Source: a virus. From it: a stretch of 64,000 bases of DNA. Every line of letters starts with the position of its first letter. Position 1 is the stretch's first letter. The position numbers were made by a program, and so were the translations under genes. Shown here one piece after another: positions 47,483 to 57,569 of this stretch. A model generated the notes under the pieces. That model ran no database searches and had not been told where the DNA came from. It saw nothing but the letters and a program-made list of their open reading frames with translations. The stretch lies in IMG/VR virus record IMGVR_UViG_3300023181_000026, positions 32,001-96,000 of that record; one strand, written 5' to 3'.

Positions 47483-50260
47483 TTAGTTTTTATTAACTAA
47501 TGCTATAGTCCTATCGTTTTGTTGTTTACTCTCTCTTAACTCTACTTCTCGTTCTTTAATAGCTAACATTCTTTCTCTATAATCTGATTCGCTTTCATCT
47601 TTTCCTCGTTTTCTATCTATTTCCTGTTGTTGTAGATTTTGCTGAGCTTCTGTTTGTTGCTGTTTATTTAATACGGTGGTAGCTTGAATAGTATTTTTAT
47701 ATAAATCGTTTTGGAAATTTTCATTTTGAGATTTTCCTAACTTACTTATCTGAGCCACTTCAATATCTACAAGTCTATCTTTATTTTTAGAAGTTTCTTG
47801 TCTGTCCCACTGTCTTTGATTTAATTGATCTGTGCTTTCTGCTTGAGCTTGTATTTGCTCCATAGTTCTAGCATGATCTTCTGATTGTTGTTGTTGTCTT
47901 CTTGATATTGACTGTCTTGCTATATCTAGTACTTCCTGTACTGTGTCTGACGTAATAAACTCAGCTAAAGCTAAAGTGTCATCACCTAAAGTATTTGTAG
48001 AAGTTATATAATTTTTAAAAGTTTCTAATTCTTTTCTTTTTTTAGAGTTAGAACTAGGCAGTACATTTAGTTTTCTAGCATAGAAATTTTCATCTGTAAA
48101 TTCTAATAGAGCCGTTGTATTATCAGAATCTGTGTAGAATGAACGTATGTCTTTATTATTTTTCTTAGAGTATTGAGCAACGTTAAGATGCATTTCTAAA
48201 GCCCCTTTTTTGAATCTACTAAATACGTCTAAATATTTCTCTATCTGAGCGTAACTTGCACTTTGAGAAACTTGCACTCCTTCTGCTGTTTCATACTTAG
48301 TAGGTGCTCCGAGCATTTGAGGAGTGATTCCTATCTGTTCAAAAGCGGCTTGTTTGTATAATAAAGCTCTTTCAAAGCAGTTTTGTATTTGAGGGACTAA
48401 TGTTAGATTTTGAGCTTGAAAAGGCACATTTCCTGTGGCAGAATTTGTGTTTTGGCGATTACTGTCAAATGGCATAAATCCTGTTTTTCTAGCTACATTA
48501 ACTAGATTCTCTAAAACTTCATCTACGCTATCACCTAGATTTCTATATTCTGCTGGAAGCATAGCCATGTCAAACATGAATATAATTCCCATTTCTTTTT
48601 CTGATAGATTCTGCACTTGATTCATTGCAAAATTATATCCTATCTGATAAGGTCTGATTATGTTAGCAAGAGAAACATCTACTATTCCAGCAACAGGTCT
48701 TTTGTTATTGTATACATTACTATTACCCTTTAGCTGCATATCCATAGGAGTACATTTCAAATAAATATCTTCTGAAACATCTCTGTTAAATAATGATATT
48801 TTTACTCCTTCATAAGTTACAGGTACGTAAGTGTATATTATAGTGTTTACTCTGTCTTCTAAATTCTTTTTGGCGTGTTCTTCAAGAGAGATGCTTGTTA
48901 TTTTTTTAATTTCATTATCTCTAAGGAAATCTTCTAGTAAATCTTCTGTAACTATAGCAATTTCAATTCTACCTGTTTCAGGTATTCTATAAGTAAGTTC
49001 GCCGACTCTCTTATATCCTTCCCAATAAGCTTCAGTTACTTGTAGTAAATCTGTTCTTATACTTAGATCATTTCTTAATTGTTGCGCTAGTTTTAGATTT
49101 GGACTATATCCTGAATTTGAATTTCTGTAAGGTAAATATCTTGGAACTTTTACGGAATTTCCTTCTTTATCGATAATTGTTGTTTCACCTGAAGGATTTC
49201 CTGTTAAGTCTTGAATTTCTAAAGCGTAATTATAATCTGCATAACTTTCATGTGGAGCAATAACAGAACCGTGTAAGTTACTTTCAAATAGATTTTTATA
49301 ACTTGTATTTTTCTCAGAGTATCCACTAACTAAAGAAGCATTTCCATTAATAAGCTTTTTTATCTGTTTCTCACTTAATTGACTTCCATATTTGTTTATT
49401 ACTTGAGAAGGAGTGTAGAAATGAACTCTGCCAACATATTCTGAGTCCTGTATATCTTTAGTATCTACATCCTGAGAAAAGAAAGTGTTTCTAGGATCCC
49501 AATTTTCAGGTTCGTAAAAATCCCATCCTATTCTATAATGCCTAAAACATCTGCCTGTTAAAAGTAAATGTTCTAAATTTTCTACATCTTTATGGCTAAG
49601 ATTAAACGCTTCCGTATCTTGATCTATTGTTAAGTTAGCCCATCTTACAAAGTTGTTAGTGTAGTTGGTCATATGCCTATCAATATCGGCAGGAGCCATC
49701 TCATTTCTTCTTTGCTGTATTTGTTGTATATAAGCTTGTCTTTCTTCTTCTGAATTAAACTGTGTACCGTCTAGAGTTAAACCTTCTTCAATAAGCCTTA
49801 TTTCAATCTCTTTCTGTATTTCTTCTCGAACATAATTGTTTATAAGGTCTTGCTTTCTTCTTTTATATTCATTTTTGGCAAAATCATCATCAGATGTTAT
49901 TGTAAATTTATCTGAAGAAGTTTTGTAAACAGCTATAATTGCTTTAACTATAAGAGAAATAAGGTCAAAATGTTTTAACGAGTAAGGTAAATCAACTTCA
50001 TCCATTAAATCTTCCAAACCTTTAAGTGCAGGTGGTAAATCTACCAGATCTGAATATATTAACTGCCCAGCCATCATCTTAAAATAATCGTTGAACTTTA
50101 CGTTCTCTCTAAGTTGCTGCAATCCTATGTTTTCGAGGGCATTCATACAGCCTTCCTCCCACTTTTTATTCTTTAAGTGCATAGGAATAGCTTGTGGTGG
50201 CAAAGTCCCTACTAAAGAGTCAAAACCATTATTACCATAAAAATAGGGAACTTCATTCAT
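47483..50260 (-). CDS. Portal protein
   Basis: 925 aa between terminase/chaperonins and scaffold; IRPYQIGYN, GITPQMLG and Gln-rich tail resemble crAss-like portals. Confidence 0.85.
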   Translation of the reverse strand: MNEVPYFYGNNGFDSLVGTLPPQAIPMHLKNKKWEEGCMNALENIGLQQLRENVKFNDYFKMMAGQLIYSDLVDLPPALKGLEDLMDEVDLPYSLKHFDLISLIVKAIIAVYKTSSDKFTITSDDDFAKNEYKRRKQDLINNYVREEIQKEIEIRLIEEGLTLDGTQFNSEEERQAYIQQIQQRRNEMAPADIDRHMTNYTNNFVRWANLTIDQDTEAFNLSHKDVENLEHLLLTGRCFRHYRIGWDFYEPENWDPRNTFFSQDVDTKDIQDSEYVGRVHFYTPSQVINKYGSQLSEKQIKKLINGNASLVSGYSEKNTSYKNLFESNLHGSVIAPHESYADYNYALEIQDLTGNPSGETTIIDKEGNSVKVPRYLPYRNSNSGYSPNLKLAQQLRNDLSIRTDLLQVTEAYWEGYKRVGELTYRIPETGRIEIAIVTEDLLEDFLRDNEIKKITSISLEEHAKKNLEDRVNTIIYTYVPVTYEGVKISLFNRDVSEDIYLKCTPMDMQLKGNSNVYNNKRPVAGIVDVSLANIIRPYQIGYNFAMNQVQNLSEKEMGIIFMFDMAMLPAEYRNLGDSVDEVLENLVNVARKTGFMPFDSNRQNTNSATGNVPFQAQNLTLVPQIQNCFERALLYKQAAFEQIGITPQMLGAPTKYETAEGVQVSQSASYAQIEKYLDVFSRFKKGALEMHLNVAQYSKKNNKDIRSFYTDSDNTTALLEFTDENFYARKLNVLPSSNSKKRKELETFKNYITSTNTLGDDTLALAEFITSDTVQEVLDIARQSISRRQQQQSEDHARTMEQIQAQAESTDQLNQRQWDRQETSKNKDRLVDIEVAQISKLGKSQNENFQNDLYKNTIQATTVLNKQQQTEAQQNLQQQEIDRKRGKDESESDYRERMLAIKEREVELRESKQQNDRTIALVNKN

Positions 50261-50286
50261 TTGTAAACTTTATTATCAAGATGTTA

Positions 50287-50329
50287 CAAAAATAATATAT
50301 TTCCTTATAGGTAACAAAAGGTTAAGAAT
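50287..50329 (-). promoter_or_regulatory. Bacteroidota sigma-type promoter with upstream ATTCTTAAC element
   Basis: TATTTTTG at 50294-50287, TTTG at 50318-50315 (20-nt spacer), ATTCTTAAC at 50329-50321. Confidence 0.8.
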
Positions 50330-50334
50330 ATCTC

Positions 50335-51921
50335 TTATATACCGTCAGCAAAAACAGGAACTGGTTTTGTAGCATAGTTTGTACAGTCTACTAATACAGC
50401 TTCGGTTGATAAGAATACTATGGCAACACTTAAAGCATTTCTTAAGGCGGATATAGTAACTCCTACAGGATCTAGTATTCCTGATTTATCTAAGTCTACT
50501 ATTTTATCTTTTATTACATCGAATCCTTTTTTACCTTTTACTTTGGTTTTTAATTCTTCTATCTGTTCTTTTGAGTATCCTGCGTTTAATAGGATTTGTT
50601 GGAACGGGTATTGAATTGAATTTTGTATTACTGTCTGACCTTCATTCTTAATTTTCATTCTTTTTGCGGCGTTTAAAAGTGCTGTTCCACCTCCTAATAC
50701 CACTCCGTCTTTATAAGCTACTGTAAGGGCGTTAACAGCGTCTACAATCCTATCTCTCTTCTCTTTCATCTCCATCTCTGAAGTTGCTCCTACATATATT
50801 CTAGCTACTCCTCCTTTCAGTCTTGCAACTCTTTCCTTCAACAGTTTTAAATCCGAAACATCTTCTGTGATATTTTGAAGTTCTAAAAGTGAAGTTACTT
50901 TTTCTTCAATTAAGTTATTTGTTTTACTATTTATAAAAGATGTGTAATCCTCGGTTAAAATTAATTTCTCTATCTCTCCTAAGTCTTCTACAGTAGCTTT
51001 GGAAATATCGTCATCCTTTTCTTGTAAGAACAGTTTAGAACCACAAACCAAAGCTATATCTTCCATAGCTTCCTCTCTAAATTGTCCAAATTCTGGACTT
51101 TGCATTACAGTAACCTTAATCTTATCAGCCATTCTTGTAGATATCAATCTTTGAAGTAGTAAAGGGGCTATTTCATTACATACTATAAGTAGATGGTCAC
51201 CCTGTGTTTTTTCCAGAATAGGGAGTATCTCTTCTTCTCTTTCTATTCTACCTATATATAGTAGTATTTTTGATTTTTTATATTCCGCTGTCTTTTTTAT
51301 TGTGTCCTGAAAAAAATATTGAGATTCAGGAGCCATTTTCATTTTAAGTCCTTTAGAAGTTTCTACATAAGTTTTAGAAGTCCTTGATTCTTCCACTGAT
51401 ATAAAACCATGTTCTCCTACCTCTTGAAATGTTTCTGCTATTAGCGTTCCTATTTCATCGTCATTGTTAGCAGATATAGTAGGTATAGCTTTCATTCTTG
51501 GGAAATCATCTTTTATGCTTATTGCGGATTTTTCTAAGTAGCTTATAACATCCTCTGTTGCATTTTCCATCTCTTTTTTAAGTTGATAAAATGATTTTCC
51601 TTCCTCTAAAACTTTTATACCTTCTTCTACAATGGCTTGAGTAAGTATGCAACTCGAACTCGTTCCGTCTCCTACAGCTTCATTAGTTTTTATTGCAGCA
51701 GAAATAATCATATTAGCCCCCATATTTAAATGAGGGTCTTCAAGTATTATACTATTTGCCACCGTAACTCCGTCCTTTGTGACTAAAGGTATTGAGTATG
51801 GTTGGTCTATAGCTACAGGTAATCCTTTTGCACCTGCTGTCACTTTAACCGCATTAGCTACTATGTCTAGTCCTTCTTTAAGTCCTTTTCTTGCCTCTTT
51901 ACCGTAAATAATTTTCTTCAT
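50335..51921 (-). CDS. groEL: Phage-encoded chaperonin GroEL
   Basis: TKDGVTVA, GDGTSS, ERVARLKGGVA, GGGTAL and GILDP motifs; 528 aa; no GGM tail. Confidence 0.95.
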   Translation of the reverse strand: MKKIIYGKEARKGLKEGLDIVANAVKVTAGAKGLPVAIDQPYSIPLVTKDGVTVANSIILEDPHLNMGANMIISAAIKTNEAVGDGTSSSCILTQAIVEEGIKVLEEGKSFYQLKKEMENATEDVISYLEKSAISIKDDFPRMKAIPTISANNDDEIGTLIAETFQEVGEHGFISVEESRTSKTYVETSKGLKMKMAPESQYFFQDTIKKTAEYKKSKILLYIGRIEREEEILPILEKTQGDHLLIVCNEIAPLLLQRLISTRMADKIKVTVMQSPEFGQFREEAMEDIALVCGSKLFLQEKDDDISKATVEDLGEIEKLILTEDYTSFINSKTNNLIEEKVTSLLELQNITEDVSDLKLLKERVARLKGGVARIYVGATSEMEMKEKRDRIVDAVNALTVAYKDGVVLGGGTALLNAAKRMKIKNEGQTVIQNSIQYPFQQILLNAGYSKEQIEELKTKVKGKKGFDVIKDKIVDLDKSGILDPVGVTISALRNALSVAIVFLSTEAVLVDCTNYATKPVPVFADGI

Positions 51922-52172
51922 TATGCTCCTAAAATATCGTCTTCTCTAATTACTATTATTTCTTTTCCTTCAAGCTCTACGTTTAAACCTGTTTGTTTTT
52001 GTTTTATTATAGTTTGTCCTACAAGATCCCTATCTACTACTGAATCTCCTATAGCTATAACTTTAAACTTATAGTCTTCAAAATCAAATTCCTGATTAGA
52101 ACTTGAAGTAAGTAGATTACTTTTCTTAATTTTTTCTAGAAACACTCTGTCTTTTTTTGGTTTTATCTCCAT
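51921..52172 (-). CDS. groES: Co-chaperonin GroES (Cpn10)-like protein
   Basis: IKPKKDRV start, VIAIG and IVIREDDILG end; adjacent to groEL. Confidence 0.85.
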   Translation of the reverse strand: MEIKPKKDRVFLEKIKKSNLLTSSSNQEFDFEDYKFKVIAIGDSVVDRDLVGQTIIKQKQTGLNVELEGKEIIVIREDDILGA

Positions 52173-55100
52173 CTTGAAAATTTACTTGTATCTGTAAAGA
52201 ATTGTTTTTGTTTATATTGTCTTGATTTTTCCTTTTTCTGTTGCTGCTCTCCACTTTCCACTTTTACACCTACTGCATCTAAATAATCTGCCCAAGCTAA
52301 TGCGTGTGAAAAAGCAATCATTCTATCGAAGTTGCCTCCTGCCTTGTAATTAATAATTTCGTCTAGTAAATATATATCATTAATTCTTGTAATACCAAGA
52401 GCTTTTCTAGGGCTACCATCTTCATCAAATCCTATGATCAACTCCTCATTACAATAATTTAAAAGACTTTTCATCAAATGCGACTGATTCTTAGGTGTAG
52501 GATATAGTCCATAAGGAGTGTTAGCTGAAGCTTTTGGATTAATTCTTTTAGAGAAGTCTACTCCATCTGCTAGTAATAAATCTGCTTTTCCTTTTCTTTC
52601 CAAATATCTTATGAATCCGATATCCGCATTTTCCATAAGACACTGCGCATTAAACCCTTCTATTAACCATTCACAGTTTCTATCGAAATTATCAGGTATT
52701 GGAGGTCTTGAACAATAAGAAGCTAAAATACATCCTGCAAATGGATCGTCTAAAAGCCCTTCTCTTCTCAATATATAAAATGCACCTACAGATTCTGTTC
52801 CAGCTTTTGTCTGTTTATAAGGGTCAAGACCTGAAACATTTAAACCATAAGGAGGCATATCTGTAGGAATTTCATCAAATAATGTAACGGGAGCGTCATG
52901 TACTCCGCCTCCAAAAGGAAATTCAACTGGGCGTTTTGATGATAAAGTGTATTCTAACTTACTGCCTACTAAAGTTAAGTCTACTAGTTTGCCTGTTAAT
53001 CCTTGTTCAACTAAATATTGTCTGTGTCTTTGAGCTTCTTTTATAGGAAATGGATTTCCATTATCTGACCTCAATATATCATCTACATCTAGAGGATAGT
53101 ACATTACATACTTATCATACTCTGTAGGATCTTTTACTAGCTTTTTCCTATTATTAATAAATAAATCTTTTGCAAATCTCCAGTCAGTTTCACCTAGTTT
53201 TATCTTTTCTAAGTCTGGGGATGGAGTTTTTATTCTAAGATAGTCTTTAAGATTTGTTTCTTTTTTAAAATTGCCTTCTTCATATCCAAACTGGCCAGGA
53301 ACAAATATTCCAAAACTTCTTCTCTTCCATGTAATTAAATCCTTCTCTTCTATTCTATTTTCTAATCTATCCCAGTTCATTGGCAATAAATCATAAGTCT
53401 CAGGATTCATCATCATCTTTATAGCGTCTGTTGAAAGTTCCGCGTTTCCAGATGTACCAGTTAGAATCGGTACGCATTTCCAACCATGAGGTGTTTTAAA
53501 TGAAGGTAAGGCAGCAGTGTAAGGTGCAATGCAATCAAATTTTCCGCAATTATGGGTAACTATGTAATCTCCCGCTATAAAAAGTTTATCTTCATTGTCT
53601 ACTTTTATACAATATGCATCATCAATTCTTGACTTTTCTATATTCGTTATATTAACTCTAGTTCTGTAAAAATCTGCCTTACCTCCTTCTCTTTTTTTAA
53701 ATCTGTCTATTTTTCTTTCTAAATTAAATAGGCATTCATCTGCATAAAAATGTATTACATAAGATTTTTTACCTTGTTTATACTCTCCTTTGTATGTAAA
53801 TTTGGGATACTTTATAGAAACTTTAACTCTTATACCTAGACTTCTAAGTATTCTGACTACTGAATCCTTTATTCTTTCTTCCGATGTAGATATAGACTGA
53901 CCTCCTCTTTTATCTATTGTACCATCAGTATCTCCTAAGCCTTTTATAAATTGCTTTCTTTGTTCTATACTACCTCTCTCGTAGATTTCATTTATATTTT
54001 TCAGTTTAAAAGTACCTAAGGTTTTTAGATTTTGTATGTGAGAGTTAGTCTTTCCAGCTTTTTTCTTTACGTGTATTACATCACATACTGGAGATTGCTT
54101 AGGAGTATAACAGGAGTACTCTAGATCTATAGACTTAGCATAGTCTTTTATAGACTCTATTATTTGATTATCCATGCTTACAAAGCTCCCCCTATGGCAA
54201 TTACCATCTCCTGTAAATAAGCCCATTATGTAGGGGTCTATTAATAAATCTCTTTCTTCATATTCTATAGCTTTAGATAAAGGTATACTGTAAATAGATT
54301 TTATTACTTTCTCATGTCCATATCTATGATCTTTTTGAAAATATCTAAATTTTTCTAGAAGTTCCTTTGTTGACTTTACTGAGTGTTCTTTACTATTATT
54401 ATTTCTTACAGACCATAAATGATTTTCGCAGCACTCTATTTCTCTTCCGTCTGAAAAAGATATTTTATATAATTGTCTATTTTCAAATTTATGTTTTTCG
54501 AGCACTCTAGTTAACTTTCCATCTCCTCCATATATCTCATCACCAATTTCTATATCTTTTATTGGTATAGTCTTATCTTTAAGGTAAATCAAAGTATCTT
54601 TTTGTAAAGCTTCATCTAATATAAATACACTTGGTGCAGCACCTGCTGTTTTTTCAGACTTTTTAGTTTGTCCCTTCTCTAAGTTACGTATATAAATGTC
54701 TGAGTGAACAATAGGTGTATTAGCTTTGGTTTTCAATCCTAACTGAATGTGACTAGTCCAGTCGTTAGAATTATTCTCCATGTAGAAAGCATGGTTTATT
54801 TCCCCCATTGAAGTCTGAATAAGACGTGTTATCATCTCTAAGTCTTCTTTACTTCCCCCTGATACTGTAGCTTGAGAATTTGGCTTTATTAGTGCTTTCC
54901 AATGTGTTATTGAAGCTAAATCCGTCGATTTAGAGAACCTACGTGAGCCAAAAACTATCATTCCTTTATTACTTTTTTCAGCGTCATTATAATTTTCTGC
55001 TATAAAAAGTTCATTATCCCTCATTGGGGGTACTATGATCGGCTCCGTCCCATCTTCTTGAGGTATAGGTGTTTTAAAATAATTACAATGAAAATATAAC

Positions 55101-55270
55101 CAAGGGTGTACCCAATATCCATTTATGTTGACACCATAAGTAATTTTCTTCTTTTCTTCTTCGTAGAATTCTAAGACATCTTTACTTTGCTCCCAATAGT
55201 TTTTAGAGTTATCATATATAGGAGGATTTTTCATGTTTATGAAAAACTCTGGACTAGTGCTTATTGACAT
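52163..55270 (-). CDS. terL: Terminase large subunit (intein-containing; about 681 aa after splicing)
   Basis: GSRRFSKS Walker A-like motif, FILDE Walker B, nuclease motifs GLDPY and NFDRMIAF; upstream of portal. Confidence 0.92.
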   Translation of the reverse strand: MSISTSPEFFINMKNPPIYDNSKNYWEQSKDVLEFYEEEKKKITYGVNINGYWVHPWLYFHCNYFKTPIPQEDGTEPIIVPPMRDNELFIAENYNDAEKSNKGMIVFGSRRFSKSTDLASITHWKALIKPNSQATVSGGSKEDLEMITRLIQTSMGEINHAFYMENNSNDWTSHIQLGLKTKANTPIVHSDIYIRNLEKGQTKKSEKTAGAAPSVFILDEALQKDTLIYLKDKTIPIKDIEIGDEIYGGDGKLTRVLEKHKFENRQLYKISFSDGREIECCENHLWSVRNNNSKEHSVKSTKELLEKFRYFQKDHRYGHEKVIKSIYSIPLSKAIEYEERDLLIDPYIMGLFTGDGNCHRGSFVSMDNQIIESIKDYAKSIDLEYSCYTPKQSPVCDVIHVKKKAGKTNSHIQNLKTLGTFKLKNINEIYERGSIEQRKQFIKGLGDTDGTIDKRGGQSISTSEERIKDSVVRILRSLGIRVKVSIKYPKFTYKGEYKQGKKSYVIHFYADECLFNLERKIDRFKKREGGKADFYRTRVNITNIEKSRIDDAYCIKVDNEDKLFIAGDYIVTHNCGKFDCIAPYTAALPSFKTPHGWKCVPILTGTSGNAELSTDAIKMMMNPETYDLLPMNWDRLENRIEEKDLITWKRRSFGIFVPGQFGYEEGNFKKETNLKDYLRIKTPSPDLEKIKLGETDWRFAKDLFINNRKKLVKDPTEYDKYVMYYPLDVDDILRSDNGNPFPIKEAQRHRQYLVEQGLTGKLVDLTLVGSKLEYTLSSKRPVEFPFGGGVHDAPVTLFDEIPTDMPPYGLNVSGLDPYKQTKAGTESVGAFYILRREGLLDDPFAGCILASYCSRPPIPDNFDRNCEWLIEGFNAQCLMENADIGFIRYLERKGKADLLLADGVDFSKRINPKASANTPYGLYPTPKNQSHLMKSLLNYCNEELIIGFDEDGSPRKALGITRINDIYLLDEIINYKAGGNFDRMIAFSHALAWADYLDAVGVKVESGEQQQKKEKSRQYKQKQFFTDTSKFSRWR
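53549..54610 (-). mobile_element. Class-3 intein (354 aa) with LAGLIDADG homing endonuclease
   Basis: Starts ALQKDTL right after the Walker B DE and ends VTHN before +1 Cys; Trp in block B (ENHLW), Cys in block F (AYCIKVD), Thr in block G; MGLFTGDG and KGLGDTDG. Confidence 0.9.
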
Positions 55271-55271
55271 G

Positions 55272-55505
55272 TTACCAACTTATACTTAAGACATTATATT
55301 GTGGCTTTGATTTTACTTCATAATCTAAGCCCTCAAGATAAACTCCTACTTCATTACAAATATGTACCGAATTAAATTTTAATGCTGTAGCATTACTACC
55401 CATTTCGCTTTTCTTTTTTATTTCAGAGATAGCATCTTGTTTTGCCTTTTGTATTAATTTCGGGCTATTTTGTTCAACCAATTCTCTTGCTTCTTTTGCT
55501 GTCAT
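55272..55505 (-). CDS. Hypothetical protein
   Basis: ORF-track ORF, tight packing. Confidence 0.6.
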   Translation of the reverse strand: MTAKEARELVEQNSPKLIQKAKQDAISEIKKKSEMGSNATALKFNSVHICNEVGVYLEGLDYEVKSKPQYNVLSISW

Positions 55506-55508
55506 ATT

Positions 55509-56066
55509 TTAACTAAATTGTTTTGGAAATCTTTTTTCTATAATTTCTTTCATTAAGAATGGGACTTTTTTATCTCCGTGAATTGGTATATTCTTAATTT
55601 CTCCTTTTGTCTCATCTAAATTAATTTTAGACATTACTTTTCTTAGAGTATTTATATTGGATAGCAAATCATCTTGGAATGTTATCTGCTCATCCATGTA
55701 AGTGTCATTATCTTCTATTTCCGCCCATCTATTAAGCTTTCTATAGATATTAGAACGCTCTATATAACCTTCCAGAAGTCCTTTTAATAACTTTATAAAT
55801 TCTATTGCGAATTTTCTATGAAGATTTCCCTCGGCCTCTTTAATAAAATACTCTAACCTTGTGGCTATAGCTTTTACCAGTTTCCATTCTATGTTATGTT
55901 CATTTTTAAGAACTGTAAATAAAGCTTCTTCTGTCTTTCTTCCCCAGTTTCTTGATTCAATGTAAAATTGAGTACCTGTTATGTGCTCTTTATATTGAGT
56001 GATGAATCTTTGAAGAACTTCTGGAGTGGATTGACTGTCTTCTATTTCTTCTTCATCAAATGCCAT
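55509..56066 (-). CDS. Hypothetical protein, possible terminase small subunit
   Basis: Helical 185-aa protein upstream of terL; the function rests on position only. Confidence 0.35.
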   Translation of the reverse strand: MAFDEEEIEDSQSTPEVLQRFITQYKEHITGTQFYIESRNWGRKTEEALFTVLKNEHNIEWKLVKAIATRLEYFIKEAEGNLHRKFAIEFIKLLKGLLEGYIERSNIYRKLNRWAEIEDNDTYMDEQITFQDDLLSNINTLRKVMSKINLDETKGEIKNIPIHGDKKVPFLMKEIIEKRFPKQFS

Positions 56067-56532
56067 TACTTTTTCTTATTTCGGCAAGATAAGAATGAAT
56101 CATATCTTTTCTTTCAGATACCCTTTTCTTTATGATTTCATCAAGTCCCGCTACTTTAGAAGATAAATTACCATTACTGTCAATTACATATGAAGTTTGA
56201 TTTTCCATAGCTAAAGCTTTGATAAACTTTGAATCCTCTTCTGATAACTCTAAATTAAATGACGTTCTTATAGAAGCCTCATTAATATATAAAAGCCTTT
56301 GAGATATTTTTTGAAGATCGCTTTGAATTAGATTTATTTTATAGACTTGGAACATATATTCTTCAACCATAGAATGTTTCTCTTTTGAGTCATTCTGTAT
56401 TGCTATATCTTCTTTATCCTTTTCAATAATCTGCTTTCTTTTCTCTTCCGCGATTTCAGATTCTTTTTTTAAAGCATCTACATATGTATTATATGTATCT
56501 CTGTATTCGGAAAACTCTTTTTTTAAATTCAC
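56056..56532 (-). CDS. Hypothetical coiled-coil protein
   Basis: ORF-track ORF, overlapping stop/start. Confidence 0.6.
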   Translation of the reverse strand: MNLKKEFSEYRDTYNTYVDALKKESEIAEEKRKQIIEKDKEDIAIQNDSKEKHSMVEEYMFQVYKINLIQSDLQKISQRLLYINEASIRTSFNLELSEEDSKFIKALAMENQTSYVIDSNGNLSSKVAGLDEIIKKRVSERKDMIHSYLAEIRKSNGI

Positions 56533-56759
56533 TATATTTCAATTTTATTCTGTTCTTCTTCTCTTAAAGCTTTTTCTACTGCTTGGTAGTACTCTTCGTC
56601 AGATATTTTCATCATCCAACCTGTACTTGACTCTTTAGGTTTAGATATTTTTCTGAACATGCTGTAAAGGACATCACCTAAAGTGTAATCATCTTTAGTT
56701 TCTTCTGTTAATTCCTTAAGTCTATGAAGGAATAGAGATTTGTAATTAGGATTTGACAT
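56532..56759 (-). CDS. Hypothetical protein
   Basis: ORF-track ORF, tight packing. Confidence 0.6.
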   Translation of the reverse strand: MSNPNYKSLFLHRLKELTEETKDDYTLGDVLYSMFRKISKPKESSTGWMMKISDEEYYQAVEKALREEEQNKIEI

Positions 56760-57060
56760 TTCCTTTAATTGTTATTTTATTATTTAATAATTGCCCGTTT
56801 TGAGTGTAATAAACGGTGATTGGTTTGTTGAAACTTCCTAATAGATTAGAATTGTATCTAACTGTCAATAGTATCCCATTTTTCTCTGAATTGGCATTTA
56901 CACTGAAACATCCGCAGTGACTTGCTCTTGCATAAATTACATCTAAATCTTCTAAAAGAAAGTTAACTGTAGTGTCTTCTCCCTTTTTAATATTTCCATA
57001 ATCAAATGTACTTAAACCTGCCTCTTTTAATTTATGAGGTGTTAAATTATTTACTTTCAT
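56746..57060 (-). CDS. DUF1573-like Ig-fold protein
   Basis: YGNIKKGE...SHCGCF...LGSFNKPITVY pattern recalled from DUF1573. Confidence 0.6.
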   Translation of the reverse strand: MKVNNLTPHKLKEAGLSTFDYGNIKKGEDTTVNFLLEDLDVIYARASHCGCFSVNANSEKNGILLTVRYNSNLLGSFNKPITVYYTQNGQLLNNKITIKGNVKS

Positions 57061-57063
57061 TTA

Positions 57064-57249
57064 TTAAGAATTTGTAAATACTTGGGGTAAAAACTCTATT
57101 GAATTTTGAATATTTGACCTAGATAAATCTATAGGTATAACTTTAATATTAAAATCCTTTTCGTATAAATTTATACTTTCCTTAAGTGTTCTATCAGAAG
57201 CCTTATATTCATTAGGTAACTGATTAATGTCTAAAATAATTGTTGTCAT
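57064..57249 (-). CDS. Hypothetical protein
   Basis: ORF-track ORF. Confidence 0.5.
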   Translation of the reverse strand: MTTIILDINQLPNEYKASDRTLKESINLYEKDFNIKVIPIDLSRSNIQNSIEFLPQVFTNS

Positions 57250-57569
57250 TTTTTATTTGGTATATAAATTGATTTCCATTTTTCATTCCCGTAATCGGAA
57301 CATTCCGTCTCTGGTTGTGCTGTCATAAATAGGGTGTCGCAGCCGCATATCGAACAAAATCCCCACTTCTTTGTAAGTTTTCCAAATAATAAGTTATATA
57401 AACTAGATAATATTGTTATGATTTTTACTTTCAAAGTCTTATTTTTAGTATTTGAAGAGTGATGTTCACAATTTAAGCACTTATTTATTCTTTCTATAAC
57501 CCAAGACTCTTCGCTAGGCTTTTTAAATCTGGAACTTAATATGATCCATAGTTTATTCCATTTTTTCAT
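57246..57569 (-). CDS. Cys-rich putative zinc-binding protein
   Basis: CLNCEH, CSICGC and EC...KW. Confidence 0.6.
   Translation of the reverse strand: MKKWNKLWIILSSRFKKPSEESWVIERINKCLNCEHHSSNTKNKTLKVKIITILSSLYNLLFGKLTKKWGFCSICGCDTLFMTAQPETECSDYGNEKWKSIYIPNKK

Noticed and set aside
1163-54000. Short + strand ORFs in the track opposite the structural genes (e.g. 1163..1363, 11899..12096, 33002..33238, 39473..39685, 52518..52718)
   Set aside because: They are antisense shadows of long minus-strand genes, with no promoter or recognisable motifs.
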